Assembly (NCBI GenBank): GCA_902525735.1
Contig: CABZIF010000005.1
Coordinates: forward strand, 25,919 to 89,918
From: an uncultured SAR86 cluster bacterium
GTDB taxonomy: Bacteria; Pseudomonadota; Gammaproteobacteria; Magnimaribacterales; AG-339-G14
DNA length: 64,000 nucleotides
Direction: 5' to 3'
Shown here: positions 45,562 through 54,666 of the stretch, in pieces
How positions within the stretch are numbered: position 1 is the first letter of the stretch
Layout of the letters: every line of letters begins with the position of its first letter
The notes under the pieces: generated by a model
Seen by the model: only the letters and a program-made list of their open reading frames with translations
Told to the model about the DNA's origin: nothing
Databases searched by the model: none
Translations under genes and position numbers: made by a program

Positions 45562-46376
45562 TAATCAAACCAATTTTCTTTAGCCGGAAAAGATAACGAT
45601 TTTACTGAATTAACATAATCCTCTAGCGCTTCAAAAATAGAATTATTTTTCTCTAAGAAATTTTTTATAAATTTCGGAGGCTTTTCTAAGCAAGAAACTC
45701 CGAGCATGTCATGCACAACCATAATTTGCCCATCTGTTTCTAATCCTGCTCCAATTCCGATCGTTGGAATTTTAATGACCTGAGAAATTTTTTTTGTTAA
45801 TTCGTCTGGGATGCATTCTAATAATAAAAGCTCAGCTCCTGCACTCTCCAAACTCAAAGCTTCATCTATAATTTTTGAATGAGAGGAGGGATCTCTGCCC
45901 TGAACAAAAAAACCGCCTATTCTATTTATTGACTGAGGAGTGAGACCCATATGAGCACAAACTGGTATTCCTCTTTCTGATAAAAGCTCCGTTATTTTAA
46001 GAATTACTTCTCCGCCCTCCACTTTTACCGAATTTGCTCCAGCTTGCATCAACCTTGTAGCATTTTCATAAGCAAGTTGCTCTGTTGCATAGCTCATAAA
46101 TGGCATATCTGCCATTAAATGAGCTCCCTTATTTCCTGACTTTACACATCTTAAATGGTAGAGAATATCTTCCATTGAAACTGGGACGGTAGAATCATGC
46201 CCTTGAATCACCATACCCAGGCTGTCGCCTACAAGGATAAGTTCCACTCCAGCATCGCACATCATTGAAGACAAAGTTGCTTCATAAGAAGTCAAAGCAG
46301 CAAACTTTTCTCCTTTTTTTTTAAGATCTCTAAAAGTCTGTAAGGAAACTATTTTATTAGATTGCGATTTAGCCAT
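45561..46376 (-). CDS. panB: 3-methyl-2-oxobutanoate hydroxymethyltransferase
   Basis: LTSYEA, LVGDSLGMVIQGHDSTVPV, and VKVEGG motifs. Confidence 0.95.
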   Translation of the reverse strand: MAKSQSNKIVSLQTFRDLKKKGEKFAALTSYEATLSSMMCDAGVELILVGDSLGMVIQGHDSTVPVSMEDILYHLRCVKSGNKGAHLMADMPFMSYATEQLAYENATRLMQAGANSVKVEGGEVILKITELLSERGIPVCAHMGLTPQSINRIGGFFVQGRDPSSHSKIIDEALSLESAGAELLLLECIPDELTKKISQVIKIPTIGIGAGLETDGQIMVVHDMLGVSCLEKPPKFIKNFLEKNNSIFEALEDYVNSVKSLSFPAKENWFD

Positions 46377-46400
46377 TTGAAATAAAAAATAACTTTAACA

Positions 46401-47306
46401 TTAATCTTTATGTAAAAAGTCAAATACTCTTGAGGAAACTAGCTCAATATTTTCTATAGGAAGAAAATGAGTTCCTTTGTATTCTTCAATCAGCATTCTA
46501 TCCTTATTCAGCAGAGCGTTTTTTGCTTCTTCGGTAAAAGTTGAAGTTTCTTTATCACCTCTTAATATTAAAACTGGACAAATTGCCTTTTTTAAAAACC
46601 TATAAGTATCAAAAGTTACTGTTTCAAAAGTTTTTGCCTCCCAAGCTGGGTCACAGGATAGAAAAAAAATTCCTTCTTTTTTTACCAATCCTCCTTTCAA
46701 ATAATTCGTAATTGATTCTTGTGGCCAACTTTCAAACATTGCCCGTCCTGTAAAATGCTCGACAGCTTGTTCAAAACTAGCAAAACTGTTTCTTCTTTGC
46801 TTTGCGCTTGAGGATTTATTGGAAGCGCTTAAGTCATCAAATTTAAAAAAATTTTTCAATTTTAGTTTAATCACATCTTTCGGCGCGTAGTATAAAACCG
46901 GTTCTAACATGATTAAATTTTTAACTTTAAGTTTTAATTGGCTTGCTACTTCTGAAGCAACTATTCCACCCATCGAATGCCCCATAAGGTCAACACTCTC
47001 ATGGCCAAGGGAATTCAAAAAAGAAATGGCCTCTTTTGAGAACTGTTTCCAAGATTTTAATTTTGTGTGATCAGCCTCAGCTGCGCTCAACCCATGACCT
47101 CTTTGATCAAAAGCATAAATAGATCTCTCTCCATCAAAATCTTCAAATATCTTTGTTAGCAAGCTCAAATAGGTTTCGGCATTGAGTCCAGTTGCATGAA
47201 AGAAAATAATTGGATTTTGAGAAGAACTTCCCTCAAAAAAAAGATAAGAAAAACTTTCCTCATCTAGTAAGATTTTTTCTCGAGACGCTTTGGCTTTATC
47301 AGTCAT
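46401..47306 (-). CDS. Alpha/beta-fold hydrolase
   Basis: Nucleophile elbow GHSMGG, oxyanion-region FFHATG, and DQRGHGLS. Function unknown. Confidence 0.75.
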   Translation of the reverse strand: MTDKAKASREKILLDEESFSYLFFEGSSSQNPIIFFHATGLNAETYLSLLTKIFEDFDGERSIYAFDQRGHGLSAAEADHTKLKSWKQFSKEAISFLNSLGHESVDLMGHSMGGIVASEVASQLKLKVKNLIMLEPVLYYAPKDVIKLKLKNFFKFDDLSASNKSSSAKQRRNSFASFEQAVEHFTGRAMFESWPQESITNYLKGGLVKKEGIFFLSCDPAWEAKTFETVTFDTYRFLKKAICPVLILRGDKETSTFTEEAKNALLNKDRMLIEEYKGTHFLPIENIELVSSRVFDFLHKD

Positions 47307-47330
47307 TATTTCTTAAAATATATTTTAATT

Positions 47331-47933
47331 ATGGAATATTTGGATAAGGTTAAAGGTTTTCTAGACGATACTGAAGCAAAAAAACTTTCAAGTTTAATTG
47401 GCAAAACTTCTTGTTTGGGTCCTGCTTTGGAAATTGGAACTTATTGCGGTAAATCGGCTTTAGTATTTTCAGAAGCATGCAATAAAAACAATAGCTATAT
47501 CTTTACTTTAGATCATCATGTTGGCTCAGAAGAGCATCAAGTTGGAGAAGAATATCATGATGAGGACCTATTTGATCCTAGATTGAATAAATTCAATTCT
47601 TTACCTGAATTTTTAAAAAATATTGAAAAATCTCCTTTTTCTGAAAATATAATTCCAATAATTGGTGATTCAGTAGAAATTTCTGAAAATTGGGAAATTC
47701 CTCTAGGTCTTCTATTTATTGATGGAGGCCATAGCATCGAAGCTGCTAAAAATGATTTTGACAACTGGAGCAAGCATTTAGTTTCTGGCGGATTGCTTGC
47801 CATTCATGACGTTTTCCCAAATCCTGAGGATGGTGGTAGACCTCCTTATGAGATATATTGCTTTGCAAAGAAGTCCGACAAATTCAAAGAGATTGAACTT
47901 GTAAAATCCTTAGCTATTTTAGAAAAAGTCTGA
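47331..47933 (+). CDS. Class I SAM-dependent methyltransferase (O-methyltransferase family 3 / Methyltransf_24-like)
   Basis: Motif I LEIGTYCGKSALVF, then IFTLDHH and LLFIDGGHS. 200 aa. Confidence 0.65.
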   Translation: MEYLDKVKGFLDDTEAKKLSSLIGKTSCLGPALEIGTYCGKSALVFSEACNKNNSYIFTLDHHVGSEEHQVGEEYHDEDLFDPRLNKFNSLPEFLKNIEKSPFSENIIPIIGDSVEISENWEIPLGLLFIDGGHSIEAAKNDFDNWSKHLVSGGLLAIHDVFPNPEDGGRPPYEIYCFAKKSDKFKEIELVKSLAILEKV

Positions 47934-48914
47934 GGCTTTTGTAAGTTTATAAAGAGAATTGGCAGCTAAAATAACTGCTGCTGCAGTCCAGCTAGGCTTT
48001 TCTATCGGCCAATACTTTTTGTCTTTAAAAACATAACCTGTCCAGAAAAGATTACTTTTTGGGTCTACTAAATTTAAAACATTATTAAAAACAGTCTCAG
48101 CTTTTTCTTTTTCTAAAATTTTATTTAAGGCAAGAACAAGTTCACATGACTCAGCTGTAGTAACCCAAGGTTCCTCTTCAACACATTTACAACCTAAATC
48201 TTCGACTACAAATTTATTCCAACCTTCATTAATTCTTATTTGAGCTGCTTCACCAACAATAACTCCGCATAAAACCGGATAATACCAGTCCATGCTATAT
48301 CTACTTTTACTCTCCCAAGACCTATCAAATCTTTCAGGCTTGTTTTTTATTGCCTCAGAAATTTTTGAAATTTCTTCTTTATAAGCTTCTTTTTTTAAAC
48401 CTAATTCATTGGAAATATTTTGTGCACAAACTAAGCTCTTGTAAATTGAAGAACAACCGGTTAACAAAGAATCATCCATCCATTCATTAGATTTATCTTT
48501 TGCCCAAAGAACATCACCATCCCTTGTTTGGCCTTCAAGGACGAAATTCATTGCTTTTTCAATTGATGGCCACAAATCTTGTAAAAATTTTTTATTTTCA
48601 AAATTTAGGTAATGATGCCAAGCCCCTGTAGCAATATATGCAGCAAAATTCGTTTCTTTTCTGAAGTTTGTGACCTTTCCTTTTTTGTATTCGCTGAACC
48701 AAGATCCATCGCTTTCTTGCGAATCAATAAGCCATTCATAAGCTTTTTTTGAACTATCTTCAAAACCCAATACATCTAATCCCATGGCTGATTCAACATG
48801 ATCCCATGGATCAATTTTTGAACTTGGTTCCCAAGCTATAGCCCCGTTTTTTTCCTGACAAGAAACGATATATTCTCCCAAGTAGCCGTATGCATCTAAT
48901 GATCGGCTTAACAT
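47919..48914 (-). CDS. Alpha/alpha-toroid protein (prenyltransferase/terpene-cyclase-repeat-like or GH15-like); function unknown
   Basis: Three spaced Q-x2-(D/N)G-x(1-3)-W repeats: CQEKNGAIAW, SQESDGSWF, GQTRDGDVLW. It is Trp/Tyr-rich and 331 aa. It is translationally coupled to the upstream methyltransferase through an ATGTTAA overlap. Confidence 0.5.
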   Translation of the reverse strand: MLSRSLDAYGYLGEYIVSCQEKNGAIAWEPSSKIDPWDHVESAMGLDVLGFEDSSKKAYEWLIDSQESDGSWFSEYKKGKVTNFRKETNFAAYIATGAWHHYLNFENKKFLQDLWPSIEKAMNFVLEGQTRDGDVLWAKDKSNEWMDDSLLTGCSSIYKSLVCAQNISNELGLKKEAYKEEISKISEAIKNKPERFDRSWESKSRYSMDWYYPVLCGVIVGEAAQIRINEGWNKFVVEDLGCKCVEEEPWVTTAESCELVLALNKILEKEKAETVFNNVLNLVDPKSNLFWTGYVFKDKKYWPIEKPSWTAAAVILAANSLYKLTKASDFF

Positions 48915-49621
48915 GTTTTATCTTTATTAAAGTAAAGAACCACGCTTTTCCCTATTAGGGGCTGAAATATAAATTCAAGAAATTTAGTCAACAAAGGTTT
49001 TTTCATCATGTCCCAAACAAGAAAATCATGGTAAAGATTTATTACCTTTGAATTTTCTTTTGAGTTCCAAAATAAGCACTGAAGCCACCAGTAAGGTGAA
49101 TGTAAAGCATGCGCCCAATGTCTTTTAGTAAATGTTAGGCCATATTTTGTTATGTCTTTCTTTAATTCTCTAAATTTAAATATTCTGACATGTCCGCCTG
49201 GAGTATTTTGATAATCTAGACTAAGTTTCCAGCAGACCCATTCGGGAAAAAATTTTGGAACACTTACTGCTAATTTACCCTGAGGCTTCAAGATTCTATT
49301 AATTTCGGATAGAGCGCTTTGGTAATCTATTATGTGTTCTAAAACTTCAGAACATACTATGAAATCAAAAGTATTGTCTTTGAAAGGCAACTTTTTTGCA
49401 TCAGCCACTCCAAAATTACAACTTTTTGAAGATTTATTTTCATTAAATTGATCAAAGTTTTTTTTAGCTGTCGATACGTCAGACAAACTCATATCGAACC
49501 CAAACACATCAATATTTTCAGACATATAAGCTCCAAAACAATGTCTGCCTTCTCCGCATCCTAAATCTAAAAATTTAGAATTAGGCTCTAGCTCGAGTTT
49601 TTTCAAGTCAATGGTTTGCAT
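48908..49621 (-). CDS. Class I SAM-dependent methyltransferase (type 11)
   Basis: Motif I FLDLGCGEGRH, an acidic loop FGFDMS, and post-I FDFIVCSEVLEHI. Its start abuts the GT4 stop codon. Confidence 0.8.
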   Translation of the reverse strand: MQTIDLKKLELEPNSKFLDLGCGEGRHCFGAYMSENIDVFGFDMSLSDVSTAKKNFDQFNENKSSKSCNFGVADAKKLPFKDNTFDFIVCSEVLEHIIDYQSALSEINRILKPQGKLAVSVPKFFPEWVCWKLSLDYQNTPGGHVRIFKFRELKKDITKYGLTFTKRHWAHALHSPYWWLQCLFWNSKENSKVINLYHDFLVWDMMKKPLLTKFLEFIFQPLIGKSVVLYFNKDKTC

Positions 49622-50860
49622 TTAATTAATCATTCTTTTAATTTCATCTTCATAACACTCTGTCATGAATTTTGCTACTTCTTTCCACTGCAAATGCTCA
49701 ATAACTCTATTGAATCCTTTTTCAGCCAAAGATTTCTTCAAATTCTCATCTGGAAGAAGTTTAAGCATTGCTTCTTCCAACTCTTCAGAGTTGCCAGGAG
49801 GAACTGTAATTCCGCAATTTCCAATGACTTCTGGAATGGCTCCACCTAAAGTTGTTATTACTGGAACTCGACATGCCATTGCTTCGCCAATGGCAAATCC
49901 AAAACCTTCGTAAAGAGAAGGTATTACAACAATATCTGAGGAACAATACAAATTTCTTACTTCTATGAAAGAAAGATCTTTGTTGAAATGGACTTTGTCT
50001 TTGATATTTAAATCTTTGATTTTTCTTGAAGTATGTCCTCCTTTTTTTGAACTTCCTATCACTTGAAGTGTTGATTCTGGAAAAATTTTGATAACTCTAG
50101 AAAAAGCTTCAAGCAAATAATCTAATCCTTTTAAAGGTACGTCTGCGCTAGCGGTAGTAACAATTCTAAAAGGTACTTTTGTTACATTTTTATCTGGAAA
50201 AAAAGCTTCCGTATCTATTCCATTTAGGATAACCTTCATGACTTCTTTTTTTAAACCAAAATCTTCGTGAATGTCTTGTTTTGAAGACTTCGAAACGACA
50301 ATTACAGATTTTAATTTTTTTGCTACTCTTATCTGCATTTTTAAAAAAGAATGCCACCTAATCATCAGTAACTTTAAAAAAATTGATTTTGTACTTTTAA
50401 GTTGAAATTTTAGATCCTTAGAAATCGGGTGGTGAATGGTTGTGACCAAGGGAATTTTTTTTTGAAAAAACAACAACTCATAACAAAGACTTTGATTATC
50501 ATGAATAACGTCAAATTCATCCAATCTATTTTTTAAAATTTTTTTTATTCTTTTTCCAAAAGTATATGGCTCTGCAAAGCCGCCAGAATTAATACTAAAC
50601 CACTCAAAAAAATTTAAAGGAATTAAAAGATCTTTAAGTTTTACATCTTTAAATTTACTATCTTTTGAATAAAGATCTAGACTAGGCACAACTTCAAGTT
50701 TGATACGTGAATCTAAATCTGGATAAGGCGGCCCTGAAAAGACAGTAACTTCATGTCCCAAATCAGCCAAAGCTTTAGTCGCATACTTGACGTATATTCC
50801 TTGACCGCCCGAATAAGGATTGCTTCTATAACTGAGGAAAGCGATCCTGAGTTTTTTCAT
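49622..50860 (-). CDS. Glycosyltransferase family 4 (GT-B, retaining)
   Basis: N-terminal SGGQGIYV and the C-terminal E-x7-E region PSLYEGFGFAIGEAMACRVPVITT. Confidence 0.88.
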   Translation of the reverse strand: MKKLRIAFLSYRSNPYSGGQGIYVKYATKALADLGHEVTVFSGPPYPDLDSRIKLEVVPSLDLYSKDSKFKDVKLKDLLIPLNFFEWFSINSGGFAEPYTFGKRIKKILKNRLDEFDVIHDNQSLCYELLFFQKKIPLVTTIHHPISKDLKFQLKSTKSIFLKLLMIRWHSFLKMQIRVAKKLKSVIVVSKSSKQDIHEDFGLKKEVMKVILNGIDTEAFFPDKNVTKVPFRIVTTASADVPLKGLDYLLEAFSRVIKIFPESTLQVIGSSKKGGHTSRKIKDLNIKDKVHFNKDLSFIEVRNLYCSSDIVVIPSLYEGFGFAIGEAMACRVPVITTLGGAIPEVIGNCGITVPPGNSEELEEAMLKLLPDENLKKSLAEKGFNRVIEHLQWKEVAKFMTECYEDEIKRMIN

Positions 50861-50872
50861 TCTTATTGAAAT

Positions 50873-51796
50873 TTAGTCTATTGAATAAAGCCATTCAGAA
50901 AAAGAATCCCTTTTTCCTCTAACTTGATCAAAGTAATTTTTTTGAAGAGTAGCTGTTATTTCTCCTCTTTCGCCATCTGAGATAAGTTTTTTGTCTACGC
51001 TTCTAATTGGAACGACCTCAGCAGCTGTTCCAGTGAAAAATAATTCATCAGCTTCTAAAACATCTTGCAACTTAATTTTTTTTACTTCGACCTTGATATT
51101 TAATTCTTCTGCCAAACTAATAATACTTTTTCTTGTTATTCCGTCCAGTGACGCATCAAGATCTGGAGTAAAAAGAATTTTGTTCTTTACAATAAAGAAA
51201 TTTTCTCCGGAGCCCTCAGAGATATTTTCTTCATCGTCCAATAAAAGGGCTTCGTCATAACCTTCCTTCATAGCTTCTTGAAGAGCCATTATTGAAGTAA
51301 CGTAATTACCATTTACTTTTGACCTTGAAACAATGTTTCCTGTTTCTCTTTTATAAGAAGAAATCTTAATGTTTATTCCTTTTTCAAATGCTTCAGGTGA
51401 CATGTAGCTTGGCCACTCCCAAGCTGCAACTATGCAATGAACTTTTAAATTATCTGCTCTTAAACCCATTCCTTCAGATCCGTAAAAGCACATTGGCCTT
51501 ATATAGCCCTCATTTAATTCATTTACTCTAAAAACCTCCTTTTGTGCTTCATTTATTTCTTGCTCAGAAAATGGAATTTTCATATTTACTGCTTTAGCAG
51601 ACTCAAAGAGCCTATTTGTATGGTCATTTAATCGAAAAATCTTTGTACCTTTTGGGGTTGAATATGCTCTTACTCCTTCAAAAACACCTAGACCATAATG
51701 CAAGGTATGAGTCAGAACATGAACTTTTGCATCCGCCCAATCTATTAATTGGCCGTCCATCCATATAAAACCTTCCCTATTTGCTAAAGTATCCAT
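50873..51796 (-). CDS. ilvE: Branched-chain amino acid aminotransferase (class IV)
   Basis: 307 aa with HTLHYGLGVFEGVRAY, the active-site region around KVNGNYV, and GITR. Confidence 0.94.
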   Translation of the reverse strand: MDTLANREGFIWMDGQLIDWADAKVHVLTHTLHYGLGVFEGVRAYSTPKGTKIFRLNDHTNRLFESAKAVNMKIPFSEQEINEAQKEVFRVNELNEGYIRPMCFYGSEGMGLRADNLKVHCIVAAWEWPSYMSPEAFEKGINIKISSYKRETGNIVSRSKVNGNYVTSIMALQEAMKEGYDEALLLDDEENISEGSGENFFIVKNKILFTPDLDASLDGITRKSIISLAEELNIKVEVKKIKLQDVLEADELFFTGTAAEVVPIRSVDKKLISDGERGEITATLQKNYFDQVRGKRDSFSEWLYSID

Positions 51797-51838
51797 GATT
51801 GTTTATAAGATGGGACATTATAAGCAGGAGAGATTTAT

Positions 51839-53215
51839 ATGAAAGTCAATTCTCAAATTTTTAGAGCCTATGATATTAGAGGAGTCGTTGGAAAAGAACT
51901 TTCAAACGAATTAATTGAAAAATTAGGAAAAGCTATTGGCACCAAACTGAAGAGAAATAATTTAAATTCTTTAAATATTTGTCGAGACGGCAGACTATCA
52001 GGACCGCATATATCAGAGTTATTTATTAAAGGCGTCCTTTCGACGGGATGCGATGTCTATAATTTAGATTTGGGCCCCACTCCTCTACTTTATTTTTCAA
52101 CTTTTAAATCATCGATAAGAAATGGAGTGATGATTACGGGCAGTCACAACCCGAAAGAATATAATGGATTCAAAATTGTATTTGATCAAAAATCCCTGTC
52201 AGGAAAGTCGATTGCTGAATTACAAGATCTTGTTGAAAATGAAGATTTCATTTCTGGAGAAGGTAAAGAAATAAAGACCCCTATGCTGGGAGACTATAAA
52301 AAAGAAATCAAAGAAAAAATTAAACTCAAAAAAAATCTTAAAGTGGTTCTTGACTGCGGCAATGGAGTTGGAGGATCTGTCGCACCAACTCTTTTCAAAG
52401 ATTTAGGTGTTGAATTAATTGAGCTTTATAGCGAAATTGATGGAAACTTCCCTAATCATCATCCTGATCCAGGAAATCCAAGAAACCTAAAAGATTTAAT
52501 TGATAAAGTTTGTGAAATTAATGCTGATCTTGGAATCGCTTTGGACGGAGATGCAGATAGATTAGGAGTGGTAGATAACTTAGGTAAAATTATTTATCCG
52601 GATCAGTACCTGTCTTTATTTGCAGATCATGTCTTAAAAAGAAACCCAGGGCGAAAAATAGTCTTTGATGTTAAGTGCTCATCAAAGCTCAAAGAATCAA
52701 TTATTAAAAGCAAAGGTATTCCAGTCATGGCAAGAACTGGTCATTCTTTCATTAAAGAGGAAATCATTAATCAAAGTGCCATTTTGGGTGGGGAAATGAG
52801 TGGTCATATTTTTTTTAATGACGATTGGTATGGTTTTGACGATGGTATTTATTCCGCACTTAGGTTGATAGAAATTATTGCTGAATCTAAAAATTCTTCA
52901 TCTGAGATTTTTAATAAATTTCCTCAATTATTTAACACTCCAGAGATTAATCTCACTACAACAGATGACAGAAAATTTAAAATCATTGATAGATTAAAAA
53001 AAGAGTTTGAATTTAATGGCTTCGAGAAGGTCTTAATTGATGGGATAAGGTTAGAAAACGATACTTCATGGGGCTTAGCAAGGGCATCTAATACTACTCC
53101 ATCATTAGTTTTTAGGTTTGAGGGAGAGTCTAAGGAAGCATTGCAAGAAATAATTGAAGTATTTCAAAATGCCTTATTCACTATAGATGATAAGCTTGAA
53201 ATTAAAATGAATTAA
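51839..53215 (+). CDS. algC: Phosphomannomutase / phosphoglucomutase
   Basis: Phosphoserine loop TGSHNPKEYNGFK, Mg loop DGDADR, and sugar loop GGEMSGH. It is adjacent to argB, as algC is in Pseudomonas. Confidence 0.9.
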   Translation: MKVNSQIFRAYDIRGVVGKELSNELIEKLGKAIGTKLKRNNLNSLNICRDGRLSGPHISELFIKGVLSTGCDVYNLDLGPTPLLYFSTFKSSIRNGVMITGSHNPKEYNGFKIVFDQKSLSGKSIAELQDLVENEDFISGEGKEIKTPMLGDYKKEIKEKIKLKKNLKVVLDCGNGVGGSVAPTLFKDLGVELIELYSEIDGNFPNHHPDPGNPRNLKDLIDKVCEINADLGIALDGDADRLGVVDNLGKIIYPDQYLSLFADHVLKRNPGRKIVFDVKCSSKLKESIIKSKGIPVMARTGHSFIKEEIINQSAILGGEMSGHIFFNDDWYGFDDGIYSALRLIEIIAESKNSSSEIFNKFPQLFNTPEINLTTTDDRKFKIIDRLKKEFEFNGFEKVLIDGIRLENDTSWGLARASNTTPSLVFRFEGESKEALQEIIEVFQNALFTIDDKLEIKMN

Positions 53216-53218
53216 GTT

Positions 53219-54077
53219 ATGGCAGTTTCAAAAAAAAGTGCAAAAAATATTTCTAAGGTCCTTAGTGAAGCTTTACCTTACATACAAAAGTTTTCAGGAA
53301 AAACTATAGTGATTAAGTACGGTGGCAGTGCAATGAGTAATACTTATTTAAGAAAAAGTTTTGCCCGCGATATTGTTTTAATGAAAACCGTTGGTATAAA
53401 TCCTATCATCGTCCATGGAGGCGGTCCTCAAATTGAAAAAGAGTTAAAGAAAAAAAATATCAAATCAAGTTTTTTGAATGGCGTGAGAATAACCTCACCT
53501 GAAATCATAAATACTGTGCAAAAAGTATTAGATAATCAAGTGAATAAAGAAATCGTGAATTTAATTAACTCTTGGGGGGGGAAAGGCTCAAGCTTTAGCA
53601 GGTAAAAGAATTAAATTTATCAAAGCCAAAAAAATATCAAATAAACGTCTAGGCGAAGTAGGCGAAATAGTTAATATTCAAAAAAAAATAACTTTAAATC
53701 TACCCAGAAATAAAATTCCAGTAATATCGCCAGTTGGTTGGGATAAAAAATTAAAGCCTTTAAATATTAACGGGGATAATGTTGCGTGTTTTATTGCCTC
53801 AGCTCTTAAAGCTGAAAAAATAATTTTAATGACAGATGTTTCTGGGATAAAAGGCAAAAAAGGAAAAAAAATCTCTGAAATGAATGTTAAGGAAGCAAAA
53901 AAAATTCTTAAAGATAAAAGCTCTATTAAAGGAGGGATGCTTCCTAAATTAAGCTCTATAATAAATTGTTTAGACAAAGGAGTTTCTAATGCTCATGTCG
54001 TTGATGGCAGAGTCCCTCATGCAGTTTTATTAGAAATTTTAACTACAAAAGGTGTAGGTACGTTAATATCTAATTAA
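53219..54077 (+). pseudogene. argB: Acetylglutamate kinase interrupted by a +1 frameshift in a G8 homopolymer (53574..53581). This is either a true pseudogene or a homopolymer sequencing error.
   Basis: ORF 53219..53605 encodes the ArgB N-terminus (IVIKYGGSAM...IIVHGGGPQI...VNKEIVNLINSWGG), followed by a premature stop. Removing one G gives an uninterrupted 285-aa ArgB through ...PVISPVGWD...LNINGDNVA...KGGMLPKL...GVGTLISN*. This joins the ORF-track fragment 53829..54077, which lies in the +1 frame. Confidence 0.88.
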
Positions 54078-54662
54078 ATGGCAAAAGAGAAAGTTTCAAG
54101 AAAAATTCAAATAATGCAAACTCTTGCTTCAATGCTTGAAGATAGAGAACCTGTAAAAATTACAACCGCAGAATTAGCTAAAAGAACCAACATTACCGAA
54201 GCAGCAATTTATAGACATTTTCCAAGTAAAAGAAGAATTTATCAGGAATTGGTTGAGTTTTTTGAAAATAGCATTTTTCCAAGAATTGCATCTATTAAAG
54301 AGGATTCTGCTCCAGATGAAGTCGCCGGAAATATTGTGATGTTAATTTTAACTTTCTGCGATAAAAATAAAGGTATTTCTAAAATCTTGAACAGAGAAGC
54401 TCTATCGGTAGACGAGTCTAAAATAGAAGATAAAGTTAATCTTTTGTTTGATCGTTTGGCTTTGGAAATAAAGCAATCGTTTCAAAACTACGAAAAGGAA
54501 ACGAAAAATAAATTATCTTTAAATGCAAGTTCAGCTGCTGATTTAGTCGTTTCTTGCTTAGAAGGACAAATTCAAATATTTATCAGGAGCAAGTTCAAAA
54601 GAGATATTACACAAAGCTGGAATGAGCATTGGCAAATAATAAAAAAAGCAATTTTTATTTAA
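54078..54662 (+). CDS. slmA: Nucleoid occlusion factor SlmA (TetR family)
   Basis: IMQTLASMLEDREPVKITTAELAKRTNITEAAIYRHFPSKRRIYQELVEFFENSIF is collinear with E. coli SlmA (ILQSLALMLES...[39 protein letters not shown]). Confidence 0.8.
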   Translation: MAKEKVSRKIQIMQTLASMLEDREPVKITTAELAKRTNITEAAIYRHFPSKRRIYQELVEFFENSIFPRIASIKEDSAPDEVAGNIVMLILTFCDKNKGISKILNREALSVDESKIEDKVNLLFDRLALEIKQSFQNYEKETKNKLSLNASSAADLVVSCLEGQIQIFIRSKFKRDITQSWNEHWQIIKKAIFI

Positions 54663-54666
54663 TTTT

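Noticed and set aside
53678-53977. A 99-aa minus-strand ORF in the apparent gap between the two argB fragments.
   Set aside because: The gap is an artefact of the argB frameshift. The plus strand here encodes the conserved middle of ArgB once one G is removed, so the antisense ORF is spurious.
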